Numbered from the stretch's first letter, positions 35,235 to 48,328 are shown. The stretch: DNA of 64,000 bases from Gekko japonicus (GCF_001447785.1 NW_015175977.1:966984-1030983); one strand, 5' to 3'. The notes: generated from the sequence alone by a model not told the origin. Made by a program: numbers and translations.

Positions 35235-38200
35235 GGGGAACGCCTGACAGCTGTGACTGTGTGAACCGGCCCCTTTAATTCATTTGTGAAATGTGCCTAT
35301 ATCGGGCCAAACTGCCAGTCTGAACTCAGCCTGTGTTTGGGAATCAATAGATTAGCTAAATAGTTTGACAACACCAATGTCTTGTTCCTGAAGTGTTCCA
35401 ATATCCCTGGTGTTCTTGTTCCACTAGCCCTGGTTTTAAAACTCCCTGGTCAAAATGTATATGTGGAGTTTGAACCTTTATCATTAACTTCTACTGAAAT
35501 AAGAACTTTATGTATCAAGTGGTCCACAAAAATGGCAAACTTTTTGTCAGAGTTGCCTTATTCTGAGTCTTGCACATGATATAGTATTTCCTGGGTCAAT
35601 CAGAACTTGGGTACAGGATCAAACTTTCCCTCCAAGATGTCTTGTCCAATCACTTCAAAAGTATAGATTAAAAGAGTTTGTGTGCCACACCAAATCATCC
35701 CATGTGACTCTTGGAGCTATGGGGTGCTAAAGGCTTGGAGGGCTCGGAATAATTTATTAGGGCAACTGACAGCCGGGCTCACGTGATGAAATTGGGCTTG
35801 ACGATTCTGGTGTTTCCACCTCCTCCAACTCATCCATCGCCCTCAGGTGCCAGCCTCTTCCTACAATCGTATTTTCTTCTACCACTCTTGGTCTTGGAAA
35901 GCTAAACAAATTGGCTAAACACTTCTAATATTTTTAAAACTTGTACTCTTATTTTATGCCTTCCAAATACATTAGTCGAATCTTAAAATTATGAATAGTT
36001 GCTGCTGTATTAATCAACCAATATGAATGCTTACTCTCCATTCTACTGAGAAACCCTATTTTGCCCAATCACTACCAACCCTTGAGTAAAAAAAGTTATG
36101 AACCGTTAAGAGACTGGCTCTAGGCATATTTACTCACAGGATGGCCTCACTGCATTAAATAGATTATTCTTCTAAGTAAATGTTTTTCTTTCAGTGGGAA
36201 ACTCACTTCTGAGTGTACCGTTTTGTTGCTTCTCTCTCTCTCAGGGAATGCATCACTCACCCAAGGGATCCTCCCTACCAAATGTCAGATAGATAGAAAA
36301 AAGGGTCCCTGTTCTGTAGGAAATGAACTCACCTTTTGAAGAATGGACGCAGGGATGCATTTGGCAACCTGAGATAGACACATTAGCATTAAGCTCAACA
36401 GATGCACAGCATGCAACAGGGAGTCTCCTCTTGAGAAGGAGGTACTTAATAAGGACAGGGAAATGCCAGTGCACCAGGCCTACACAGTCTTTGGAAACCC
36501 TCTGTGACAGAACAATGGAATGCTCTGCACAAAAAAAGAAATGTATCAGTGCAATCCTTTTGGGTGGTCCAATCATGGATGGTTATTGCTCAGCAAGCCG
36601 GTCCATCACTTATGTTTTTTGCTAACGAGTCTTTCCTCCTCCCCCTGTCTTGCCTCCTGGAACTGAACTGCACCAGCAAAATACCAACAGAGATTAGCAA
36701 CCTTCCCTCATTATAATTGACACTCAACTCAGCTAATTTTCTAATTCAAGATGAGTTTAAAAAAAAAAAACATGCAAAAGAACAGGGAGTATCTGGTTTC
36801 GATTTTGATTAATTTCTTTCTGAATGCAAACTTAGACTAAATTACAATTTGGTTTATTTACATCAAGGTTGCTGGAGGTTCAATAGATACAAGTAGGTCT
36901 GTGCATATGGCAGCAGATTCTTTACCACAACTCTGAGAGTGCATGACTCATCCTGAACTCTATTTCCCAAAATTCAGGCTAATCAGAGATAGACATTTAA
37001 TTACTTGTCCTAGACAGTGTCAATGAGACCATTAAAAAAGGCAACCCAAAAGCAGACAGTTCTGGCTCTGAACTGCAGAAAGTATATTAGAATCAGGAAA
37101 CTACAGCCAAGAAAAATCTGATTTTTTAAAAAAAGGTTTTCAACCACATTAAATCTGAATAAAAGGGATATAGATGCTCCCATACAAAGTGAAAGTACTG
37201 CAGCCTAGGGCTACCAGGTCCCTCCTGGCCACCAGCGGGGGATGTGGGGGGGGGTTAGGGTTGCCAGATCCAGGTCGGGAAACACCTGGAGATTTGGAGA
37301 TAGATGCCAGGCAGGACAGGGACCTCAAGGAGTGCAACACCATAGAATCTGCCCTCCAAAGCAGACATTTTCTCTGTAGTCTGGAGATGAGCTGTGATTC
37401 TGGGGGCTGGAGGCTGGCATCCCTAGCTGGCTTTTACTAAAAAAAATCCCACCTTTCTAAGAGCACCCAACCCTGTTAATCAGCTCAAGTTTCTGCCATT
37501 TATACATATGAAACATACAAAACATCCTGTACCTACAAAACTCACCCTACCTATTATCCTACCTTTCTTGAAGTTATTTTTGTTATATTGTTATCCTAAA
37601 TAGCAGTAATCACTTACACATCAATCATCAACAAGAGGAGAAGGGGGAAAGGGAAATGTATGTTCCAATGCCAGAAGAAGTAATGTTCTCATGTATGATC
37701 AGTTTCACTTCCAGAAACCTACCGGGGTCCCCAAGTCCGCCTTTGCACTCTCAGCCTCTCAGACTGGCCCTGTGAGGGGATTCTAGGTGAAGGCTGGCAT
37801 TCACAGAATTATTATAGACGGGGCAGGAGTCGGGGCCACCGGGAGCTCTGACTCATAACATCTGGCAGGCAGGGCTGCTGCTCAGACAAAATGAAAACAT
37901 TTCCTTCATCCTATTTCCCTCTCTGCCCACACAAGCAGATCGAAGCTGAGAGAGGCCATTGCTCCCTTGATTGCTCTCGGGAGCTGTAAAAGCAGTGGTG
38001 AGTGTGCAGTATTTTGTGATGCTGCTGGTTCTATAATATGGCATATAACTGCTGTCATATATTCTTTCTGTTCTATTAGCTGTGGAAATAAAGCTTTCTG
38101 CAAAACACAGAATCTACAATTTACCAAAATGCAGGTTCATTACTTTTACTGCTCTTCCATTTATCTATGAAATCATGTTTGGTAAGACAGTCAGTGCCAC

Positions 38201-39136
38201 AGTTGGCCTCAAATGACTGCTTTGGGTAAACCCATGGAAGAATTGGAATCAGTCTATGCATTTTTATTCGTCTTCAAAATAATTCAGGCTAGGTTTATAG
38301 TTTTCTTATGTGTATATTTCATGTTATTTCCTAAACTAGAACACTTTCCCTTGGTTAAAAATAATTACAAATGACTTATTTCTTGTTAGAAGACTCTAGA
38401 TGAGAATTATCCTTTTAATTTCACAATTAAAAAGACCTGTGAGTACTGGTTTAGAGATAGTTGAGGTATTTAATTACATAAATATATACCTACTTATTTA
38501 TTTAGGAAATTTATACACCACCTCTTGGGTCTTGCTTGAGGTAGCTTACAAGTGAAAACAATGTATTATCAATATTTTAAAAAGTCATTAAACTCAAGTC
38601 AGGGACATAAGAACAGCATAAAACAAGTTCTGTGCATTAAACAGAACTCGTAACCAGAAGCAGACTATAAAAACAGCTACAAAGATAAAAACCTTTATCC
38701 TATATATGTAACCTATATAAACCTTTAACCTATATATTTAGGATAGCTATGCAATGTTCCACATGCAGGGTTCTCCTTTTTTTGTTTGTTGATAAAATAG
38801 TTACTGGATGGGAATGGCACACATTCCTGATTCAGGGCCAAACCAGATGGGATGCAAGAAACCCATGATGACATATCCCAGATTTATTTTTAAAAATGCA
38901 GTTAACAGGCATGTAGGAGTCTTGTTTCTGACTGGGACCACAGGGTGGTGGTTTTTTAAGCTTACTCTCCTGGGCTACCTTTTCAACCCAAAATGATCTT
39001 TCTTTGCCCCACTTCTAACAGGGCAAACAGCCAACAGGACACGTAGTGTGTGTGTGTGTGTGTGGGGGGGGAACGAAGGATGGACAAGGTTTACTCCACT
39101 CTTCCCGCACATCACATTTCTTGGTTGCCTAACTCT

Positions 39137-39584
39137 GGTCCCTGCCACACGTGGGAGGGGGGGAAGGACGGGCAAAGTGCGCCTTTTTAAAGCCGCACCA
39201 AAAGAGACACACGGCGGCGGGATCACATAGATCCCCTGAGCCAATGCGCACTTCCTCCCCGGCACGATCAGATGCCGGGGGGAAGCCACAGAAAGAAGAG
39301 CGTGGCAGCCGAACTGCGCATGTATGCGCATGCGCAGTTTGGTGGGGGGCCGGGATTGATACGCACAACGGGCGTGGCGGCGATTCCACAGCCGCGCTTG
39401 CTGCGGTGCTGCAGGTAAGTCCTCCTCTGTAGGAGGTTCTTTTTTGCAGCGGGTTTTCCGGGGTTAGGGAAGGATCAGGGAAGGGTTCGCGCCGCTTCCC
39501 AGATGTTGCAGTGAGATCGCACCCATTTGCTGCGCCCCCGATCCGTCCCTCTCCCTGCCCAAAACCTTCCGTGTGACCGGGGCC
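39137..39584. mobile_element. PIF/Harbinger-like palindromic MITE
   Basis: Imperfect TIRs GGTCCCTGCCACACG / CGTGTGACCGGGGCC, 3-bp TSD TCT, central palindrome AACTGCGCATG..CATGCGCAGTT. Confidence 0.75.
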
Positions 39585-41347
39585 TCTGGCTATTTCCACA
39601 TGGCAAGAATTCTCCATGCTGCTTTCATTGCCACTGCAAATGCAGAAACAAGCATACTGACAATGAGGCTTCCATAGGTGAGACTTTTCTATGCACTTTC
39701 CTGTCTTTCCACCACTTTTCTGTCCCATGAGTACTGTGCAGCAACTCTGCATTGGCTGTTGGGGACAGGATTGTCACAGCTTGTTCTTTTATGTGTTCAA
39801 TTTTTTTATTCTATGATTCAGAAAGAAACAGCAGATACGTAACCAGCAAGTACTTAGATTTAGCCATTTTCATCCTAACAGATGTAAAATAAACATATAT
39901 CATATATATATATAAATATATATGTAAAACTATTTAGAAGAGCAATTCCCATCCTGTATCTATTTTACCAACAACAACAACAAAAGGAAAACCCTGCATG
40001 ATGAACCTTGCATAGCTATCCTACCTATATAGCTGTTTTCCCGGGGGAAATGTTTCCAGCTCTTTTTTTCACACGTGCCCTATGAAAATTCTGTTCAAAT
40101 GTGAAAGAGGTAACTGGCAATAGATTGTCACAGTACGATGGCTATCACTCATTTTTCTTTCAAAAAGCCCTTTGGTGGTGCGGCAGGAAGAATGGTGCCT
40201 GTGAGGGGCTGACAATGGGAAACATGCTGATGATGGGAGGCAAAACATTTGCAGAGCAAGAAAATGTGCAGTATTCCTTTCAGACGGCAGGCTATCCCGA
40301 TTCGACTGTACGCTTTCCAAAAGCAGGCATGTCGGAAATCTTAATGACTGAAAAAGGTTCAGCTCACATTTCCAGGGAAGGGTATAGGAGTAATGCCACG
40401 CAGAGGCATTTGCTGTGCTAATTCAAATGGAATTTTTGCCAACCATTTTAACCACCTGTCCACATTATTGTCTTGATGCCAAACATGGAGAAGTATGACG
40501 TCGTGCAAAACTTTAAGCTAGAGTAAACATAAAACACTTTGTTGTGTTCATGAGTAGTGCTTAAACAGAGCTTAAACTTCATACTGATTGACTTGCTTCT
40601 CCCTACCTCCACCATAAGATCCTACAGAGGATTTAAGCACCTCTTAAGACCATCTGCAGGCCAGTTTTGACTGAATAATGCTGAAAAGTAGCTGGCACTG
40701 TAGCAATGATCACCTTTGTGTAGGGTTGGTCAGACCTGGGCTGGGAAACACCTGGAGATTTTGGGGGATATAATGTCATAGAGTCCACCTTTCAAAGTGG
40801 CCATTTTCTCCAGGTGAACTGATCTCTGTTGCCTGGAGATCAGTTGTAATCCCAGGAGATCTCCAGACAACACCCGGAGGTTGGCAAGCCTGCCTTTGCA
40901 TGTGTGTGGGGGGGGGGTACAGGAGCTGCTGGTGTGCACCTTGAAGTGCTGGAGGTGGGGGCTCTCCATCTCCATGCTGTATTCACGCCCCTCGTGGAAG
41001 CCTATTTCCTCATGCAGACTCCCTTTGCGGGATTAGGGCATTTCTTTCAACAGAAGACTTTCCTCAAACACCAGAGGACATTGCAGCAATTGTTCAGAAC
41101 ATACTTTCTTTCAAATATTTCTAAATAGATCATTACCCTGGCCTGTATGGTTGGTTTTTAATTGCAGTTTCTGCAAGTGTATGAATGATTTGGTCTTGAT
41201 GCCGGAACTTTTTGAAAAGCACATATTATTCCATGCCTTCGGTAAGAAACCGTTACAAACTAATTTTGGCAAACTGTACATACATAAATATGTATTTTTT
41301 TAATACTTAACATTAATGATTTGTTCATAAAGCTTTCTGGAATCTCA

Positions 41348-41353
41348 TTTATT
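41348..41353 (-). terminator. SYNE1: SYNE1 polyadenylation signal AATAAA
   Basis: TTTATT on +, about 580 nt downstream of the KASH stop in AU-rich UTR; ATTAAA nearby at about 41299. Confidence 0.65.
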
Positions 41354-41934
41354 ACATTCATTACTTTTTTTAAAACTATAAAAAGCGCCATTCAGATTTA
41401 CAGCTTGTACATCCAAAGCAAGAGTTGAAACATCATGCCCCAACCCAATCCCCACACAAAAAAACGGGGGTGGGAATAATACAATGCCTTACAAGCTCTT
41501 TACAATTTTATGTTACAATAGTTTCTAAAAGCTCTTTAACACAGTCTGGGTTTGTGTGTGTGTATATAAAATTTTATATTCACACACAGTGTAAATATTG
41601 ATTATATAGATAATGAAAGGTAGGGTAACAAATGAAGTCCTCCTTCAGTCTTGCGTCCTTTGCTATGCATAGTGTGGGGCACTGACCCCAAATGGCTGAT
41701 TAATCCCAGAGTGCTGGCCGGGGGTAAGGGGACACCAACACTTATTTCATAAACTTTTCAGTCGCAAAGGCGCAACCTGATGTTACTCACATAATGCTTG
41801 ATATAATTTGGTGACGATCCATTTTTAGTTTAGTGCCTCATCAAGTAGAGGTCACAGCCAACGTAACAGTGGGCGATCACATGGGATGTACCTGCATTTC
41901 AACTGTCCACTTCCCTGATACCTTTTCAGCTGCT

Positions 41935-42178
41935 TCATAAAGGGGGTGGGCCGTTAGTATATCTTAGCATGGGATGAAAGGAGCGTGCAAAGTTATTGGC
42001 CATGGCACAGCTGTAGTCTTCCTCTGTCATTGGCACGAGGCAGGCAAGACCAATCAAGAACAGCAAGAGGAGCTGGAGGGGGAGAGCTGCTCTGAGGACT
42101 CGGAGAAGGAAGCCCTGGTGCCGCCGCCGGGCCGGCTGGCCTTCAGAAAGGGAGGAATCTGAGCCACCTCTTGTGGAC
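41935..42178 (-). CDS. SYNE1: Nesprin-1 last coding exon (transmembrane helix plus KASH peptide)
   Basis: Acceptor ttctctcctcag, phase 2. Reads (R)[12 protein letters not shown]...[59 protein letters not shown], with the canonical PPPL KASH1 end. Confidence 0.98.
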
Positions 42179-44628
42179 CTGAGGAGAGAAGTCAATACAG
42201 AAATAAACGAACGTTTTATTGTAAAGGATGCAATTTGATAAGTTAAACGGAATACTGATTTAGATATAAACACAGCACCCACTTTTTAAAAGATTCTAAA
42301 TATATTTCAAGTCAAAGGGGATATTTTCTGGGTACTGTAACAATGTTTTTTTTTTAAAACTGGATGCTGAATTATTTAAAATAATATACTACCTCCAATA
42401 CTCTAAAGACACCAAATACTTCTACCACGTTCTGATTTAGAGTAACCTTATCATCTCAGTATCTAAGAGTACAAACAATAACAAACAATATTATGCTTTC
42501 AGGGAGATGGTTTTAAGATCAGGATGCAAGGGTAGACCTAATTCCGTTACTCAACGATGTCAACATTTTTTTTCTTTCTAGCAAAGTAGCCAGTTATCTC
42601 TGCGTCATGTAGTGAGCATAATACGTAACTTCTAATTAGAAGGATTTTGAACATCCATATACTATAGTACAAAGGGCATAGTTTCCATTTGCACTGAATC
42701 AGCAATTAAAATCAATTAGTGAGGTGTAGGTAGACTCTTTCTTGTGTGGTATAATTTAGAACTATGAAATAAGAATTCAGCAAAAAGTAACAAAGAACTT
42801 CAGACTCACTTGTCTTGACAAGGGCTTTTGATTTCATAGTCACGAAATATTATCCAACCTCATACTTCGTGATTAACTGAAGTACCAGTCTCTCTGACTG
42901 TTAATCTTCCAGCAGTGGTTGGGGGGGAATGCCATTCTGTTGCTGCTGGATGATTTATAGACATGTATCTTCCCATTTCTCAAAAACGCCAAGAACTCCA
43001 GGAAGTTCTATTTGCTACGTTTAGTTGACTAATGGGGACTTGAATGTTCAAAGCTAATAAATGATTAACTACTTGAAATGATAGGGTTGGCAATAAATTC
43101 AAGATCAAAAAGGAAACCTTGCAGATTATTTACAGGCACATCACTAGAAGTAGTCTGGAAAGCTGCTTAGTCTGGTATTAAGTAAGACCTTGTACTATGA
43201 ATGTATTGAAGCGATATGGCACATTTAACAGCATCAGAGCGTTCTATATTAAAGTTCAATTGGACCTAGCCTTCCACAGTCTGACAATGCCAACATGAGG
43301 AGTTAATGGGCTGAGAGAGAGACAAAGAACAGCCAGTGCTGCTTAATTGCCATCTTAGTCCACAGAACTTCTATCAGTGACATGACCATTTCCCCACGTG
43401 ACTCTTGCTCCTTGGGCTTGGGGAGATGGGCATGCTATAGAGGTGCACCTATGAAGAGCAAGTGATCGTGCCTGCTAGTCCTACCCTCTGCTGCTCCCAA
43501 CCTTCACAAATGGGAGACGATGTTTGCACAAGAAGTTCTATGGGAGTATTTTTTTTTATTCACGGCCGTTTTCTTTTAACTAGTTTCACTCTTTATCTGG
43601 AAAAAGAAAAGGGGGAGGGGGTGAAGGGGCAAGAAAAACCCTTTTAAAGATACCACCTTGTAAGTGCACTTTCCTAGCTTTCGTTTTTAGTATATTTTAG
43701 TATATTTTACGTATTTGATACTTAACTTCGGCTGGCCTCCACTGTTACTCCGCTCTTCTAGTTCTTGTTAATCTCCCTCCACGGCTGCACTGCTCGGCTG
43801 GGATCCGGCAAAACTGTCGGTCATCCTTGGGTTCCTCCGCTTTGAGGCGGCTTCAGTTTTTGGGGGGTGTTGCCTCACACCCCTCGACTGGAGCAAAAGC
43901 CTCTTGCTCTTCCCCGTTGTTGAGGAAGACTCAGGGGCTCTAAGCCCCTATTTAGAGGGTTCAAGGTACCCAGGAACAGTAGACTGTGACGGAGCAATTG
44001 AGAACATGTCTGCACAAGAAGAGCTCCGGGAGTACAGGCAAAAATGCTTAAGGCGTGAACGTTATTTGCACCCATGAAAAATTGAGGCTATAGATTGCAC
44101 AGCCATAGTTTTAGACATACTGGCGTGCATGCACATAGGCATCCTGTGCAGATGTCATTTCCCATCAGTGGAGATTAAGTGTAGTCTGGGGATGAAACCA
44201 TAATGAAAATGGCATAATACTACAATCTTCTAAAATATTTTGTTTGAGAATCGCTTTGTATTCTCTTGCTCATAAACTTCTAAAATATACGTCAGGTTCC
44301 TGGAAAGCACTGCTGTCCTGTATTTGTATTATTACTTTAGATACTTACACATCTCTTTTCTCCTCACTGGGGACCCAGAATGGTTTACAACATCATACTC
44401 TCCTCCATCACTTTATCCTCACAACAACCACCTTGTGAGGTAGGTTGGGCTGAGAGAGACTGACCAAAGGCCATCCAGCAAGCTTCCATAGCAGAGCAGA
44501 AATCTGAACATGGGTCTCTTGGATCCTACTCCGACACTTCAACCACTGTGCTAAAAATATATATTCCTAGGGACACCCAAATCCAAACCGTGGTCATAAG
44601 CCACACTGGGTGACTTTGGGCCGGTCAT

Positions 44629-45056
44629 AAGAGTGGCGGACTCTACTCTGGGAGAACTGGGGTTGATTCCCCACTCCTCCACATGCAACCAGTTGGATGA
44701 CCTTAGGCCAGTCACAGTTGTCTCACTCTCTCAGCCCCACCTCCCTCACAGGCAGTGTTCCCTCTAAGCTGAGTTAGTGTGAGCTAGCTCACAGTTTTTT
44801 AGCCTCCAGCTCACACATTTTTGTCTTCGCTCAGGAAGGAGGGCTCCAGAGCAAACTAATTTATGCAGTAGCCAAATCACTCGCTCACAACTTTAATGCC
44901 AGTAGCTCACAGAGTAGAATTTTTGCCCACAGGACTCCATGGCTTAGAGGGAACATCGCTCACAGGGTGTCTGTTGTGGGCAAAAGAAGGGAAAGGAGAC
45001 TGTAAACTGCTCTGAGACTTCCAGTGAAGGGTGTAAATCCAAATTCTTCTTCTTCT
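44629..45056 (+). mobile_element. Squam3-like SINE interrupted by a hAT MITE
   Basis: TAAGAGTGGCGGACTCTA..GATTCCCCACTCCTCCACATG..CCTCACAGG|insert|GTGTCTGTTGTGGG..TGTAAAC..(TTC)n. Confidence 0.8.
44753..44958. mobile_element. 206-bp hAT MITE
   Basis: TIRs CAGTGTTCCCTCTAAGC / GCTTAGAGGGAACATCG; perfect 8-bp TSD CTCACAGG. Confidence 0.9.
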
Positions 45057-45126
45057 CTTCATCTCTCAGCCTTGCCTATCTTACTGAGTTATTGTGAGGA
45101 GTATGCCACATGAGCTACTTGCAGGA

Positions 45127-45322
45127 AGGATGCTGAGGCTCCGTGGTACAGTATCGCCTTTGAATGCAGAAGGTTGCAGGTTCAATCCCTGGCACCTTCA
45201 GTAAAAGGACTGGGTAGCAGGTGATTTGAAGACCTCTGCATGAGACCCTGGAAAGCTTCTGTCAGTTAGAATAGACATTGCTGACCAGATGACCTCTGGC
45301 TCACTGTTAGATTCATGTGTGT
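45127..45322 (+). mobile_element. tRNA-derived SINE (Squam2-like), diverged
   Basis: GGTTCAATCCCTGGCA B box and GGTGATTTGAAGACCTCTGCATGAGACCCTGG body. Confidence 0.7.
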
Positions 45323-47648
45323 GATGCAATACAGTTCATTACTACTACTGTTAATATAGGCCACTGAACGATGCTGGAAATCGCTTTCATAACTGATGTC
45401 TCCCAGATTTTGGAGGAAGCAACTACCATACCATTGAGGTCTGAAGAACACCAGCTGCTCCAGATTTACCTCCTTTCAAGATTATTATGGGTAGCTGTCA
45501 TGCGTTCGCCATTAGGAACTGAGTCTTGCTCTTTGGCTTGTTCTATCTTACTTGGCCTTGCTCAGTTCATTCAGGAGCTGGTATTTGTCTACATTTAGTT
45601 TTTGTTTTATTTATTTTGTTTTTTTGTGTTATATTAAAATAGTCATTAGGTGATTAATAAGAATATCATTCATTATTTCTTCTTTATTTTCTTGCTGTGA
45701 TGGATTGTAACATCTGACTGACTTATCCAAGTGTCTCTTACCTTTCCATGGTTGTACTTTCATTTAAATTACTGGTTGGAGTGGAACAAGCAGTAAATTT
45801 TCTGTCAGTAGGCAGCAATCCTATTAGGCCCATTGGATTCAGTGGCATTTGCTTCTAAATAAACATACCTAGACTGTGATTTTAATATCCATAATGAGTA
45901 GTTAGATGACACTGGTGTTTACTTACTTTTTAAATTAATACTCCACCTTTGTATTTCAAATGAAATTCAAGTTAGCGAATACAAATGAGTAACAACAGGG
46001 CAAAGCTGTCAATGTCCCTCTGCTTCGGTGGCAAACCACTAGCACACTTTGAACAAGGATGGGCCCAGTTGCCAATTGGCCAGACAGAGGAATGGAAGGC
46101 TCTTTCTTCCTTTCCCACAAAATAGCTGGCCATTGATACATTACAAGATGGCTGGGCCAGGTTGCACTTGGCAAGGATTCTGACTCTTTTTATCTCCCCT
46201 GGACTTATTCTTCTTCAACTTCTACTCTTCCTGATGGACAGGGATAACTTTTGCTTGTTCATCTTCTTGAATTTGTTAATTCTCTCTTTCAACCTTGGTG
46301 TTCTTCAATCTGATTCTTTGTATACACCTAAAACCTTTGAGATTTCTTAATTATCTCCTTTAGTTTCTCCTGCTATTGTTAAATTTTTCTCTAACAAGGA
46401 GGATTCCTTGTTATAGTTTTTACTTTGGCTATTTTACATTTTAAACATTTACTTAGCTACTTTTCTTTTTGGCTTTGAAGTTGCTCTAGAGTCTGTAATG
46501 ATTTTTTTAAATACTCGATTGTTCAGTTTTGGCTCATTACTGTCTTGTTTCTCAACTGCATGAATGTCTTGTTTTTATTTGGCTTTTAAAAAAGTTATTC
46601 CTCTTTTTGATCTTTATCAATCTCATTTCCATTGCTATCATTCAACAGACTGCATTGTTTTAAGTATTTTTCCCTGTCCAAACACAGCAGTGCCAGTAGT
46701 CTGTTCTTTGTCTTAATTTATTTCTAGATTTTTATACTATTTGATCAGTCTCCTCTTCTTTCTTCTACATATCATGTCGGTGTATCTTTATTATCTTTCT
46801 ATAACTTCTCTTTTACCCTTTCTGTTCAGTCTTCTCTTGGTTTCTATATTAAGTCCTTTGTTCTTAGTCCTTTACGTTTTTTTAATTATATCTTTGGGAA
46901 CTGATGGACAAAAGGAATCATGGTGGGAGTGCGTGAAGTGGAAGGATTGGCTATTTCTCTTCCCCAAGCATGCAATAGTGTGTGACTGTAGAACTCTGGG
47001 CCTAGTAACTTCCTGCTCACAAAGTCCTGGATTAGTGTTCAGTTGCAGCACAATTGCCTTGTAGCACTGATTGCTGAGCAGGAACCTGCTAAACTAACCC
47101 CAAGTCTGAGTAGTAAATCATGAGAAACAGTATTTTGAATTCATTTCCCATGTACTATAGAGGATAATTTTGGAGGAAAAATGGGGATCAAACACATTCT
47201 GTTCAGCCCAAATTTCACCTCCCCATTTCAAGATACTGTAAGAGTTTACACATATATAGTAAATGCCAGCTTTGTTGCTTAAAGAGTCTTGGGGACTTAA
47301 TTTAGGCTGAGTGTGTGCTTTTCTTCTTGTCCTCATTAATTCTCTCATCCAGATATCTAAGTAGTCTGCGCTCTTACCATTTTGTACTTTCCTGGATTTG
47401 GGGGGTTGGATTAGGATTGGGAGATGAGTGCCTTGTACCTCTGACCACAATTCTCTCCCTCCAGGATACCTAAGCCAGTAAGACCAATTTTCCCCTGCCC
47501 AATTTCCTTTTAATTAATACTCAAATGCCCTGATTTCCTATGCCTCCTAGAAGCATCTTACCAACTAATACTTTTCTGCATAAATGGGGAATCCTCTGAA
47601 AATACAGAAGCCTTTACCTTGCCTGTGGGAGGCTCCATCTTACTCACT

Positions 47649-48328
47649 GGGTGCGTTCAGACGGGGCATTTACAACGGTATAGGTGCCGGTTGGAATCGG
47701 TGTACTTACCGGTGTTCACACGGCAAACATCTTCCTTCCGTCCCTAACCGTTGTAAAGAGCTTTACACCGTTGTATTCTGCCACTAGGTCCCCAAGTGGT
47801 GGTATCCTGAGTGCAACGGTTGTAATCGCTTTACCCCCCCCCCGTCTGATCGCTCTCCACCGTTGCAGAGCCACTTCCGTTTGAAAGCCTGAGGCTTCCG
47901 ATTTTCGCTGGCCATTTTTTTTAAAGGTCGGCGATATGCGCTTGGTTGAAGCTTCGCCCTGGCGTTTGTTTAAAAAAGAAAAAAGAAAAGGGCCTTAGTT
48001 TAGCGTTTCGGAGGCGTCTGGGACCTCAGGGAGGCTACTTTGTTATTTAAACTTTAAAGGTAAGTCCTTACCTTTAAAGTTTAAATGTAAGACAGGGTTT
48101 TTTACACATGCGCAAAGATCGCCATTCTATGGATGGCTGCCTATGCGCATGCTCAAACTGAGTTAAAAAAACCAACAACAACGCCGATGCCCGCTGTGTG
48201 TGGACGGGCATACAGCGATGGGATCCGCAGACAGGAGGTGAGTGTGATTGCGTTTCAGCTGGCATAAACTGCACCGGTTCCAACCGGTACAGTTTATGCC
48301 GGCTGAAACGGCGTGTCTGAACGCACCC
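47649..48328. mobile_element. PIF/Harbinger-like MITE (680 bp)
   Basis: Perfect 14-bp TIR GGGTGCGTTCAGAC / GTCTGAACGCACCC; flanks ACT/ATT (3-bp TSD with one mismatch); CpG-rich. Confidence 0.8.

Noticed and set aside
39129-39752. 207-aa minus-strand ORF (and 55476-55997, 173 aa)
   Set aside because: Both span GC-rich MITEs
40101-40421. 106-aa + strand ORF near the SYNE1 3' end
   Set aside because: No recognisable homology, non-ATG start and no convincing splice sites
42179-42282. N-terminal part of ORF 41935..42282
   Set aside because: Intronic; the exon begins at the acceptor at 42178
42804-42870. Strong minus-strand donor (CAA|gtgagt) in the last SYNE1 intron as the missing exon
   Set aside because: The required frame hits TGA about 50 bp upstream with no suitable acceptor, and the peptide does not resemble the expected exon
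43560-46900. Purine-rich minus-strand stretches (43560-43960, 45380-45600, 46160-46900) as SYNE1 exons
   Set aside because: Stops in the frames I examined; more likely decayed LINE sequence, but too degraded to classify
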